A stretch of DNA of 64,000 nt, from positions 64,001 through 128,000 of IMG/VR virus record IMGVR_UViG_3300037470_000856. One strand, given 5' to 3'. Of the stretch, positions 1-9,239 are shown piece after piece. Each line of letters opens with the position of its first letter. The stretch's first letter is position 1. This stretch comes from a virus. Made by a program: the position numbers and the translations under genes. The notes under the pieces are model-generated. The model saw nothing but the letters and a program-made list of their open reading frames with translations. It was not told the origin of the DNA and did no database searches.

Positions 1-796
1 CCATCGCGTCCTCGCGCACGATGGGCATCGAGGGACGCGCGTCCTGGTTCTCGACGGGCATCGACATGCGCAGGTTCGCGGACGCCCCTGTCCTCATCTG
101 CGAGACGGGATGCATGGCCGCGCGCGTGCGCGGGGCGGATCGACGGGGAGCCCGAGCCGGAGCGTCATCGTCCTCGACCGAGTTGAGCATGGCGAGGATG
201 TCCGCCTCGGCCTGCGCTCGGACGGCGTCCTCGGGATCCTCGTCCTCGGGATTCTCGTCCTCGTCGCGGGACTGCTCGTAGGTCCACATCTGCGAGTCGA
301 GCACGTCGGCGAGGTTGTCAATCTCCTCGTCGCCGCTGCTCCACAGGGGCGCTATCGCGACCTGTGCCTCGCGCGACTGCAATGGCACCTTGCGCGTCGC
401 CTCGGCGTTGGTTTCCTCGCGCCTGCGCCTCCGGTCCTCCACAGACATGATGGCTCGCTCCTCCGCGCGAGTCGTCTCGATAGTGGTCTTGACGGGGCGC
501 TCGGTGCCGCGGTGCTCCGTCGCACGGACCTGGATGCCCGCGGCCTTGGGCCGGTAGGCCGTCACCTCGGACCCCACCTGGGAGATCCAGCCCTCTCGAA
601 TCGCGCTGCGTAGCTGCGGCGCGTCCGAAAACTCCCGGCCGTCCCTGAGGATGACCGTGCTGCCGTCGTACTTGAACGTCTCGCCAAGCGCCGGACTGTA
701 GCCACCCGTCTGCGTGTCGATGAACCCGAAGGAGACACCCTCCCGGACCAACTTGTAGGTTCGGAACTCGTTGACTTGAAAGTTGATCTCCGACAT
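1..796 (-). CDS. Hypothetical protein, runs off the window (3' truncated)
   Basis: Open frame MSEINFQVNEFRTYKLVREG... from ATG at 796 to the window edge, with GC3-rich codons. Not in the ORF track because it has no stop in the window. Confidence 0.75.
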   Translation of the reverse strand, partial: MSEINFQVNEFRTYKLVREGVSFGFIDTQTGGYSPALGETFKYDGSTVILRDGREFSDAPQLRSAIREGWISQVGSEVTAYRPKAAGIQVRATEHRGTERPVKTTIETTRAEERAIMSVEDRRRRREETNAEATRKVPLQSREAQVAIAPLWSSGDEEIDNLADVLDSQMWTYEQSRDEDENPEDEDPEDAVRAQAEADILAMLNSVEDDDAPARAPRRSAPRTRAAMHPVSQMRTGASANLRMSMPVENQDARPSMPIVREDAM

Positions 797-859
797 GAGC
801 CTCGTCCCGGTTCGTGAAAACCAGTGTGAGACACCCTACCGGTCTACGGAGGCCCGGGT

Positions 860-1153
860 TCAGTGGACGGGCTCCTTAGCCTTTCGATAGGCGATCGGAG
901 GCGCCGCCGCGTCCTGGGAGGCGTCCGAGAACGTCACCACGGCGTCGCCGATCTTGCTCCTGATGCCCTCCAGGAAGTCGCGCCGGACGCGAACTCGAGC
1001 AACCACGGTCGCCTCGTTCTCGGCCGCGGAGTAGACCATGAAGTCGAGGAAGCAGTCGGGGCCTGCCTCCTCGACGACTCGGAAAGCGTTGGCGAAGACG
1101 CCGAACTTGACCGCTTCGTCGACGTTGACGTCGATGTGCTCTGGATTAGGCAT
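860..1153 (-). CDS. Small hypothetical protein, DUF3467-like
   Basis: 97 aa; GVFANAFRV...FLDF...VVARVRV pattern resembles DUF3467. Confidence 0.6.
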   Translation of the reverse strand: MPNPEHIDVNVDEAVKFGVFANAFRVVEEAGPDCFLDFMVYSAAENEATVVARVRVRRDFLEGIRSKIGDAVVTFSDASQDAAAPPIAYRKAKEPVH

Positions 1154-1511
1154 CAGAAAACTCGGTCTCGCTTGGCACTGTACCCTCGGGCTCCACGTCG
1201 AGGTCGCCCGCGTTCCAGCCCAGCTCTCGAAGGCGCTGGACCATCCTGCGGGGGACCTGGAACACGAAGGTCAGGTGCCCGTTGATGAAAAAGGTCTGGG
1301 GTGAGTAAGAGGCATCGGGGCACTCCTCGAAGATGTGCGCGAGCGTGTCGAACTGCTCGGCGACTCGCTCCATCTCGGACGCGATCGCGGCCATCCCCGA
1401 CGGCACGTCCTCCTCGTCTCCGATGACGTGGTCGAACCGCGGGACGGTCAGATGGCAGGTGACCTTCTCTCGAGGGACGGGCAGCCGCAGTACTTTCGAC
1501 TCGGATCCCAT
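1146..1511 (-). CDS. Hypothetical protein
   Basis: Probable start MGSESKVLR at 1511; overlaps the next gene by 8 nt. Confidence 0.65.
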   Translation of the reverse strand: MGSESKVLRLPVPREKVTCHLTVPRFDHVIGDEEDVPSGMAAIASEMERVAEQFDTLAHIFEECPDASYSPQTFFINGHLTFVFQVPRRMVQRLRELGWNAGDLDVEPEGTVPSETEFSDA

Positions 1512-1515
1512 GTGC

Positions 1516-2103
1516 CTAAACCTCGGCAGATATAGGGTCGATACCGTTGGCGGCGAGGAAAGCGTGCAGCTCCGGCGCATTTCGGAACCACTCTCCCTCC
1601 ATGCGCAGATGGGCGAAGCGCGCGTGTAATGCAGCTTCCGTCTCTCGCGTCCCCGGAACGGCTCCGAGCACCACGAGCCGTCGCGCGTTGGCCGTCTGGA
1701 GCGACGCGCGTCGTTGAGGGATCTTCTGGCTCCACCCGATCTTGATCGAGCCGCCCTCCCCCGCCTGGATGAAGTAGACGAGTCCCTCGCGCTCGTTCAC
1801 CGGCACGTAGTGCGCGTCGTACCTCACCGGCGTCGCGTCGACGCGTCCGTGCACCTCGAGCGACTGCCAGAGACCCGTGGACAACACGCCGTACAGGGGA
1901 CGCTCCTCGTCGGGGCCGTAGGCGTAACGCACGCCCCGCTCGTCGGTCTCGGAGAGGCACACGTAGTCGAGCCGGATCACGCGAGAGCGATCGCGCGTGT
2001 CCAGCACTCGGGCTCGGTGCGTGGGGGTGAAGGACTCCGGCGATCCGGGGTAGCAGTCCTCGACGTCCGCGCGCGTCACGATGGGGCGACGAGCCACGCT
2101 CAC
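1516..2103 (-). CDS. T5orf172/GIY-YIG-family domain protein
   Basis: C-terminal VYFIQ...IKIGWS...RRASLQTAN...EAALHARF...GEWF motif. Confidence 0.8.
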   Translation of the reverse strand: MSVARRPIVTRADVEDCYPGSPESFTPTHRARVLDTRDRSRVIRLDYVCLSETDERGVRYAYGPDEERPLYGVLSTGLWQSLEVHGRVDATPVRYDAHYVPVNEREGLVYFIQAGEGGSIKIGWSQKIPQRRASLQTANARRLVVLGAVPGTRETEAALHARFAHLRMEGEWFRNAPELHAFLAANGIDPISAEV

Positions 2104-2129
2104 CTCTACCCGCGCGCGCGGAGATCAGA

Positions 2130-2762
2130 CTACGGGGCCACGCTGTCGAGCATCCAGATCTCGATGGCCTTCTCGACCGCGTACTCGCGGGGCATGAGGC
2201 CGAGCTCGTAGCTCTCGTACAGGCTCTCCGCGCGCGGGCGCATGCGGTCCCTGATGCGGTCCTCGGGCACGCCGAAGGTGCGGGCGACGCGGAAGCTCTC
2301 GCGGTACGCCTGGACCTCGAGCGCCCACCGGCCCTCCGCGGTGATGTACATGAGCCCCATCAGCAGCTCGCCGTGCTCGTCGTACTCGCGGACGTGCACG
2401 AGCTCGTGCCAGAGGATCTCCGCCTGCACGTCCTCGGACTTCTCGTCCCAGTCCACGGAGACGTAGATCTTCGTGGGGAAGGTCGTCGTGAACTTCTGCC
2501 ACTGCTCGATGCCCGACGCCTTCGGCAGGATCTCGATGCCGTGATCCTCGATCTCCTGCATCGCGACGAGCCACGCCTCGTGCGGGTCCGAGGGGATGGC
2601 GCCCTCGGGAGCCATCTCCGAGGTGCGCATCGCCAGCTTCTCGTAGTAGGTGTCGGACGGAACTCCGTCCGCATACTGCGGAGGCGCGTGCACGCGGACG
2701 GACGTTCCGGGGCAGCCGGAGAGGAGCAGGCAGGCGGCGAGAGAGGCGAGTAGCTTCCTCAT
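2130..2762 (-). CDS. Putative lipoprotein zinc metallopeptidase
   Basis: Signal peptide/lipobox [17 protein letters not shown]; HELVH (HExxH) plus downstream EVQAY. Confidence 0.7.
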   Translation of the reverse strand: MRKLLASLAACLLLSGCPGTSVRVHAPPQYADGVPSDTYYEKLAMRTSEMAPEGAIPSDPHEAWLVAMQEIEDHGIEILPKASGIEQWQKFTTTFPTKIYVSVDWDEKSEDVQAEILWHELVHVREYDEHGELLMGLMYITAEGRWALEVQAYRESFRVARTFGVPEDRIRDRMRPRAESLYESYELGLMPREYAVEKAIEIWMLDSVAP

Positions 2763-2798
2763 GGTCGAACCACGGGCGGGTATAGAGAGAACAGCGCT

Positions 2799-3152
2799 AT
2801 GTGGTGGGTCTATGTCATCCAGAGCGAGCAGCCGAGATTCACGAAGCGAGGATCGGCGCCCGGGTTCTTCTACGTCGGGTCGACCACCAACCCGGCGCGA
2901 CGCCTGAGGCAGCACAACGGCGAGATCAAGGGCGGAGGTCGCTACACGGCCAAGCACCGACCGTGGGTTCCACGAGCCCTCTACGGCCCCTACGCGGACC
3001 GGAGCGAGGCGTTCAAGGCCGAGATCGCGCTCAAACGAGGCAAGCGGGGAGCGGGTCGCGCGAGATGGTCGTCGAGCGACCACACGCTGTGTCGGGGCGA
3101 CGGGCCCGACCATCCGTGGGTGAAGGACGCTAGCTGGAACCCCGACGCCTAG
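2799..3152 (+). CDS. GIY-YIG nuclease (SLX1/UPF0213-like)
   Basis: WVYVIQS...[27 protein letters not shown]...RPW...AFKAE. The only convincing plus-strand gene. Confidence 0.85.
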   Translation: MWWVYVIQSEQPRFTKRGSAPGFFYVGSTTNPARRLRQHNGEIKGGGRYTAKHRPWVPRALYGPYADRSEAFKAEIALKRGKRGAGRARWSSSDHTLCRGDGPDHPWVKDASWNPDA

Positions 3153-3541
3153 ACGACCGAGCGTACGTGCTTGATCTTCACGAGGGGGTAGGCTCGCCCT
3201 CGGACAGGCTCGTAGACGACGCCCTCGGACTGTCCTCGATCGACGAGCATCTCTCGACCGTCGGGCGACGCGAGCTCGACGCTGCGGTCGGCCGGGTCGT
3301 AGTCGAACATGACGGCTCGCGTGACGTCCTCGGAGGGACGCCCCCCTCCGGTCTCAAACGAGATGCGCACCGTGTCTCCGGCCTTGAGACCGGTGAGCAG
3401 CACCTCCTGCGACTCGCGGTCGACCGCGAAGTCGCGGATGGGCTTCATGCGCCGCATGGCTCCGAGCAGCTCCTCTCGGAACTCCTCGTTGTCCTTGGCG
3501 AGGCGCAGGATGCTCTTGGTGGTGGGGTCCTTGATGGGCAC
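3149..3541 (-). CDS. Hypothetical protein with the shared N-terminal helical motif ([16 protein letters not shown]) and an SH3-like segment
   Basis: GTG at 3541 preceded by AAGGAG; 130 aa. Confidence 0.75.
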   Translation of the reverse strand: MPIKDPTTKSILRLAKDNEEFREELLGAMRRMKPIRDFAVDRESQEVLLTGLKAGDTVRISFETGGGRPSEDVTRAVMFDYDPADRSVELASPDGREMLVDRGQSEGVVYEPVRGRAYPLVKIKHVRSVV

Positions 3542-3554
3542 GGTAGTCTCCTTG

Positions 3555-6500
3555 TCATCTGGCCGCGTCGAGCAGCGCCTTGCGAAGTTGGGGTCTGGCA
3601 AGCGCGAGGCGCAGCACCCGGGCCGCGGTCTTCTTGGCCTGGATCTTCTCCGCGTACCTCTCGCGCTGCTTCTTGAGGCTCTCTCGACGAGCCAGCAGCG
3701 TCTTGTAGAGCTTGTCCTTCTCGGCGCCCTTCGGGCCCCACTGGTCCACGAGCTTCTTGATCTTGCTCTCGGGGATCTCGAGCACGCGGTCGATGCTGTC
3801 CACGATCTGCTGCGGGGTCGCGTGGTGGAAGACGCTCCCGGACTTGCGGTCGGGATCGGTGAAGGTGTCGAGCTCCGTGACCTCGTCTCCGAACGCGTCG
3901 CCCTTCGGCGCTCCCATCGCGCGGTAGCGGAGGGCGCCCCCGGTGTCCACGCGACGGCCTCGTCCCTCCTCGTCCACGAGCAGGTTGTCGTAGTCGAGAC
4001 CGACCACGTCCCAGTTGCCGAGCCACGCGTCCACGGCGATGCCCTCGAGGACTCCGGGCACGTTGCCCTTGCGGAGGGCGCTCGAGTTCTGCTTGAGCCC
4101 CGGGATGATCTTGCTCGCCACGCTGAACTGGCCGTCGCGCGTGGCCGGAGAGAGATCGGGGACGCCGATGCCGGCGAGCTCGTACAGCTTGCCGGCGAGG
4201 ATCTCGTTGCGGGCACGGTCCTCGGACTTCGGCGTCTTCACGTAGTAGCGGTCGCCGTTCTCGGCCTGGTACAGGCCCCCCGGGTTGCTGCCCGTCTGCG
4301 GCCCCACCTGCTTGAACTCGTCCGAGTCGATGTCGAGCACCTCCTGGGACTTCGGAGCCTCGGTCTTCGCGCCGCCTCCAGTCTCGTCGACCTTGGCCTG
4401 GGTCTTGAGGTCCGAGAGGGCCTTCTGCACCGCCTCCACAAGCTCGGGCTGATCCTCGTACACCTCCCACGCCACTTCCTGGATGTCCGCAACGTCGGAG
4501 CCCGAGAGAGGGGCCCCTTTCTGGACCTTGTCGAGAAGCTCGTGCCAGCCGGACTGCGCCTCCTCGTCCCCCTTGTTCATGTCGAGTTTCACGTCGAGCA
4601 CGTCCACGAGGGTGGACTGCGGGGACTTGGGTTTCGGCTTGGGAGGCACGACCTTGAACCCCTTCCCCCAGTTCCACTCGGCACCCGCGGTGTCCTTGAT
4701 GACCCACTTGCCATCGTCTTCGTCTTGGTACACGTCCGCGACCTCGATCTCGTGTCCCTCGAGGTCGGGGTCCGGCACGACGAGGGTGACGCCGGGCTTC
4801 ACCTTCGGGGGAGGCGGACGATGCCAGTCGTCGGCGCGCTCGACCTTGCGTTCCTTCATCTTCTCCGCGTCGAACGACACGGGCTTGAAGCGGACCTGCT
4901 TGCCCGTCTTGGGGTTGTAGACGAGCGCCTTGAAGTCGTCCTCGTCGGCCGAGACGACCTCCCCGATCATCTCCTTGCCCTTGAACGTGTAGCGAATCTT
5001 GTCGCCGATCTTGAGGTCGGATGGCTTGGTGAGATCAGCCGGCTTCTCAGGCTTCTTCGCCTTCGACTCCGTCTCGTCGGGACCCTTGCTCACGGAGCCG
5101 GGGGCCTCCTGCTGGGCCGTCTCCTGCTGGTACTCGGCGTAGACCTTGGCGGCGAACGCCTTGTCCTTCATGGCCGTCGAGGCCGCGACCTCTGGATACT
5201 TGTCCTTGGTCTTCGGGTTTGGGTTTGGGACCTTCTTCTTGCCGCCCTCGTAGCGCTTGCCGAACCACTCGTCGAAGTCGGCGCCTCCCGACGGCTGCTT
5301 CGGGCTCTCCTGCTGAGCTGGAGACGTGGAGGGGGCGTCGAAGATCGAGACCGCCACGCGCTCGGAGGGCGAGTCGAAGATGGTCGTGGCGCGCTTCGGG
5401 ATCTTCCTGATCTGGGCGAACAGTTCGCGCCGGAACCCAACGTTGACGGAGGCGAAACGCAGGATGCGGACGGCCGCGACGCGGGGCGCCTGCTCCTCGA
5501 TGAGCCAATCCTGTGCGTGGCAGTGCTGTGGCCACCATGTGTCCTTGACCGGCGAGCGCAGCCAGTCATCATCCTCGGGCTCGAACTCGATGACGAGTAC
5601 GTCGTCGTCGAAGACCTCGCCGAACAGCGGGCGCCGCTCGTACGAGGCGAGTTTCATCTTCTCCGAGCTGAAGTCGGACATGGAGTGGGGCATGACCTTG
5701 CCCTCCATGCCGTCCTGGCCGGCCACGACGTACTCATTCTCCGAGTACGGCGGCTTGGCCGAGGAGAGGCTCGCGTAGGTCACCGGAGAGACGAACAGGC
5801 GTGAGACGGGCACCTTGTACCTGACGACGCGCTTTTCTGCGCCCGCGAAGTTGTAGGCCACCTGCGGGTCGATCGAGAAGGACGCGAGTTCCCGCGCCGT
5901 GGTCGTCGTGATCTTCTTGCCCTGCGCGGCACCCTGGACCGGCTTGGTCTTGGTGCCGCGGTAGAGGGTGACGTGGTCGACGCCGAGTGCGTCGTAGACG
6001 AGCTGACTGTACGCCATGGCCTTGGAGATGGCGCGGTGCAGGGCCTCGTTCTTGCGCCCCTCCTCGCGATGGTGCTGGACGTTGGCCGCCTCGAAGTACT
6101 TGGGGCCGCCCTCGACACCGAGGTTCTCAAGGCCACCCATGAGTTTGTGGGCCGTTGTTGCACCGCTCGATCCCTGCCAGGAGGAGAGGGCGCCCTGCCA
6201 CGCCTCCCACTCGTCGTCGGTGAGGAGTTTCTTGAACTCGTCCGCGGCGATGTGCCCGGACTGCGCGAGTTTACGTTCGCCCTCGGTCATGTCGTTCCAC
6301 TGGGTCGCGTTCCCGTGCCAGTAACTCTTGCCCGACGACATGTCTTTCACAATGTCCTTGACCTTGTCGCCGATCAGCTCCTTATACTGCTCGAAGAAAC
6401 GGTCAGCGTCACGAGCGATGGAACTGCCGTGGGCCCACGACGAGGGCGGCGAGAGATGCTGGAGCGCGCCCGTGTGGGTCTCCTCCTTGCCCGCCATCGC

Positions 6501-9239
6501 GGCCTCGTACTCGGCCACGTCCTGGGCGTACTGCTCGTCAATCTCCTTGAGCTTCTTGGTGTACTCCTTGACCTGGGCGTCGTACCCCTTCATCTCCTCC
6601 TTCGTGAGGATTCGGGGCTTGCGCTTGTCGATTTTCGCCTGGTCGAAGGAGGGGGTCTTGAAGGTTTTCTCGCCCGTCGTCTCGTCGTACTTCTCGTACT
6701 TGGCGACGTACGCGGGCGGGTAGATGATGCGGACGCGGAACTTCTCGCCGGGCGTGTCCCAAGACACAACCTCGCCACGGTACGCCGTGCCGTTATGCTC
6801 GTACTCGATGACGTCGCCCTCCTGGACCTGGTCAGGAGACGCGACGAGTTTGCCGCTCGGACGCTCAGGGGGCTCTGGAGCCTTGACCTTCTGCGGCTTG
6901 TCGCCGCGCGAGACCTTGAACTTGCCCTTGGTCTTCTCAAGATTCGACTTAGGGAGGACGACTCCACTCTCGAGACGGATACCGGTGGCCGTGCGGCCTA
7001 CGACGCGCTGCGGGCCGTACTCCTTCGTGTGGACCATGTCGCCCGTCTGGATGGCGTCCCAGTCGACCTCGTGGGTCTCGAGTTTCCATTTCCCCTTGTC
7101 GACCTTCTTGGGCTTCTTGGGCTTCCCCTTGCTCTTGGCCTTGGCGAGTTCCTCTTCCGCGTGGAGTTCCATTATGAGAGAAAACGGGTCGACGGGCTCG
7201 CCCTCCTTCTTGGGCTCCTTCTGAAGGGTCTTGGGGACCTTGGACTTCGGCAGCCTCGAGACCTGCAACTCCTCCTCGAAGGTCTTGGGGGAGACCGTAC
7301 GCGTGTCCTTCACCTGCCCAGTCTTCGGGTTGATGATGTTGTAGACGATCCAGCCGTCGTCGTTCTTGATGACCTGCGCGGTGTAGACCTTGCCGCCGTT
7401 GTACTCGTGGATGCGGAGGACGTCCCACTGCTTGAGTTTATTGGGGTCCGTGACCTCCTTGCCGGTGAGACCCTTCTTGACCTTCATCGGCTTGGTCTTC
7501 GTGGTCTCGACCCCCGTCAGCTTGTCGTCGGCGAGGAACCACGGCTTGCCGATGAACTTAGCGGACTTCGGGCTGTAGTCCTGGAGCATCACGCCAGGAC
7601 CGCGCGGGTCGTCGGGCCCTACCACCTCGATGATCTTGCCAAGGTACTCCTCGTTGAAACCATCGGGGTCCGGGATAAGGATCCAGTCGTCCTTGGAGAG
7701 CTGCGACGACGACTGCACCACGTCGCCGACGTCGGCCTTCTCCTTCTCCTTCTCCTTCTCCTTCTTCTTCTCCTTCGTTTTGGAGAGGCCATCCTCGTCT
7801 ACCCACTTGAGGGACCCGTCGGGCATCTCGATCTGGACCTGCATGAAGCCGCCAGGGTGCTTCTTGGAGGTGATCACCTTGACCTCGACGCCAGTCGGTG
7901 TGTAGACCTTTTCGCCAGTCTCGTAGACTGGCCTGAGTTCCCCCTCCTTGTGGTAAAGGTACGAGTGGGCGCCCGGCAGATCGGGCTTGTCTACGTCGTG
8001 CATGTGCACCCACTCGCCGTTGTCGAGCAGGAACTTGTTGCCATGCTTGCTGTCCTCGACCTTCTTGATCTGGTGCGGCTTGCCCTCCATCCAGACGGTG
8101 TCTCCGGCCGAGACATCCTCGCCTCCGGTAACCTTCCCGCCCTCCGGGACCTGCGACGCAGGGTCCTCAACGACCGTGAAGTGCTGACCCGAGAAGTACG
8201 CCTCCGCCTTCTCCTTGGTGATCTTCTGCGTGCCCTTCCACTTGCCGGTGATGTTGTCGAACTGGCGGTAACGGAAACCCCCGTCCGGCAACATGGAGGT
8301 GATCTTGCCAATGGTGCCCCACGCGTTCCCGAAGAAGATTCCGGGAACGATGTCATCGATGCTGTCGAGTTTCGCCCCGACATCCAGTTTCTTGGGTTTC
8401 GGCTTGGTCTTCTTGACCTTGCCCTCCTCCATCGCAATCTCATCCTCGAAGAAGTAGCCGTCCTCCGCCAAGAGAGCGGGCTTGCCCTTCACCTCGCTGT
8501 ACTTCTCGACGGTGAGAGACTTGTCCTCGTGCCCTATCTCGTAGAACGTGTCTCCGGGCTTGAGCGCGGAGAGAGGGCTTTTCTTCTCGTCATCCTTGTC
8601 CTTCTTCTTGGAAACAAAGAAACTCGACCCGTACCCGATGCCTCCGATCGCGGGACGATCAAAATCAAGCTGGCTGACCCACTCGCCCTCCCCCTCGAAT
8701 TTCACCCGAACCCCGAACTTGTCCGGATCGGGCTCAAACTCCGCGACGACCTTCGGACTTCCGCCGTACCAGACTTGGTCCCCCACTTCGAGGTCCTTGT
8801 TGGTGGACACCTTGGCGCCCTCGGGCAGTTCCGTGATTTTCGGAGGCTCAGGCTCCTCCGCCTCGACGCCCTGCTGCAGCCACGCCTGAAACTCCTTCCT
8901 CACCTTCGCGGCGAAGACATGGTCCTTGAGGGCCGTGCTGAGTTGGACCTCGGGATACTGGTCCTTCGTGTCGGGGTTCGGGTTCTTGACCTTCTTCTTG
9001 CCACCCTCGTAGAACAGCTCGAGGAACTCGACCCACTTTCCGGCGTTGCCGTCGGGAGCGGGCACCTCGGCCGGAGGCGGCTCAGGCGGAGGCGGCTCAG
9101 GCGGCTTCTCCTCCTTCGGAGGCTCAGCCTGCACCGACTCGGGCGAGTCGAAGATGGACAGCGCCACCTTCGAACGCGCCTCGGACTGCTCGGCGATCAA
9201 GTCGACGAAGAAATTTGGCCACTCAAGGTCGGACATCAC
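3555..9239 (-). CDS. Giant multidomain protein: SH3/KOW-like repeats, R-S-E ADP-ribosyltransferase (~5690-6250), PI3/4-kinase/HipA-like kinase (~3660-4320)
   Basis: 1894 aa. ART motifs TLYRG / ASFS / ENEYVV. Kinase motifs GSNPGG...YYVK...NEILA...DAWLGNWD...DN...DTGG. About 11 [L/V]xxGDx[V/I]-like units. Confidence 0.85.
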   Translation of the reverse strand: MMSDLEWPNFFVDLIAEQSEARSKVALSIFDSPESVQAEPPKEEKPPEPPPPEPPPAEVPAPDGNAGKWVEFLELFYEGGKKKVKNPNPDTKDQYPEVQLSTALKDHVFAAKVRKEFQAWLQQGVEAEEPEPPKITELPEGAKVSTNKDLEVGDQVWYGGSPKVVAEFEPDPDKFGVRVKFEGEGEWVSQLDFDRPAIGGIGYGSSFFVSKKKDKDDEKKSPLSALKPGDTFYEIGHEDKSLTVEKYSEVKGKPALLAEDGYFFEDEIAMEEGKVKKTKPKPKKLDVGAKLDSIDDIVPGIFFGNAWGTIGKITSMLPDGGFRYRQFDNITGKWKGTQKITKEKAEAYFSGQHFTVVEDPASQVPEGGKVTGGEDVSAGDTVWMEGKPHQIKKVEDSKHGNKFLLDNGEWVHMHDVDKPDLPGAHSYLYHKEGELRPVYETGEKVYTPTGVEVKVITSKKHPGGFMQVQIEMPDGSLKWVDEDGLSKTKEKKKEKEKEKEKADVGDVVQSSSQLSKDDWILIPDPDGFNEEYLGKIIEVVGPDDPRGPGVMLQDYSPKSAKFIGKPWFLADDKLTGVETTKTKPMKVKKGLTGKEVTDPNKLKQWDVLRIHEYNGGKVYTAQVIKNDDGWIVYNIINPKTGQVKDTRTVSPKTFEEELQVSRLPKSKVPKTLQKEPKKEGEPVDPFSLIMELHAEEELAKAKSKGKPKKPKKVDKGKWKLETHEVDWDAIQTGDMVHTKEYGPQRVVGRTATGIRLESGVVLPKSNLEKTKGKFKVSRGDKPQKVKAPEPPERPSGKLVASPDQVQEGDVIEYEHNGTAYRGEVVSWDTPGEKFRVRIIYPPAYVAKYEKYDETTGEKTFKTPSFDQAKIDKRKPRILTKEEMKGYDAQVKEYTKKLKEIDEQYAQDVAEYEAAMAGKEETHTGALQHLSPPSSWAHGSSIARDADRFFEQYKELIGDKVKDIVKDMSSGKSYWHGNATQWNDMTEGERKLAQSGHIAADEFKKLLTDDEWEAWQGALSSWQGSSGATTAHKLMGGLENLGVEGGPKYFEAANVQHHREEGRKNEALHRAISKAMAYSQLVYDALGVDHVTLYRGTKTKPVQGAAQGKKITTTTARELASFSIDPQVAYNFAGAEKRVVRYKVPVSRLFVSPVTYASLSSAKPPYSENEYVVAGQDGMEGKVMPHSMSDFSSEKMKLASYERRPLFGEVFDDDVLVIEFEPEDDDWLRSPVKDTWWPQHCHAQDWLIEEQAPRVAAVRILRFASVNVGFRRELFAQIRKIPKRATTIFDSPSERVAVSIFDAPSTSPAQQESPKQPSGGADFDEWFGKRYEGGKKKVPNPNPKTKDKYPEVAASTAMKDKAFAAKVYAEYQQETAQQEAPGSVSKGPDETESKAKKPEKPADLTKPSDLKIGDKIRYTFKGKEMIGEVVSADEDDFKALVYNPKTGKQVRFKPVSFDAEKMKERKVERADDWHRPPPPKVKPGVTLVVPDPDLEGHEIEVADVYQDEDDGKWVIKDTAGAEWNWGKGFKVVPPKPKPKSPQSTLVDVLDVKLDMNKGDEEAQSGWHELLDKVQKGAPLSGSDVADIQEVAWEVYEDQPELVEAVQKALSDLKTQAKVDETGGGAKTEAPKSQEVLDIDSDEFKQVGPQTGSNPGGLYQAENGDRYYVKTPKSEDRARNEILAGKLYELAGIGVPDLSPATRDGQFSVASKIIPGLKQNSSALRKGNVPGVLEGIAVDAWLGNWDVVGLDYDNLLVDEEGRGRRVDTGGALRYRAMGAPKGDAFGDEVTELDTFTDPDRKSGSVFHHATPQQIVDSIDRVLEIPESKIKKLVDQWGPKGAEKDKLYKTLLARRESLKKQRERYAEKIQAKKTAARVLRLALARPQLRKALLDAAR

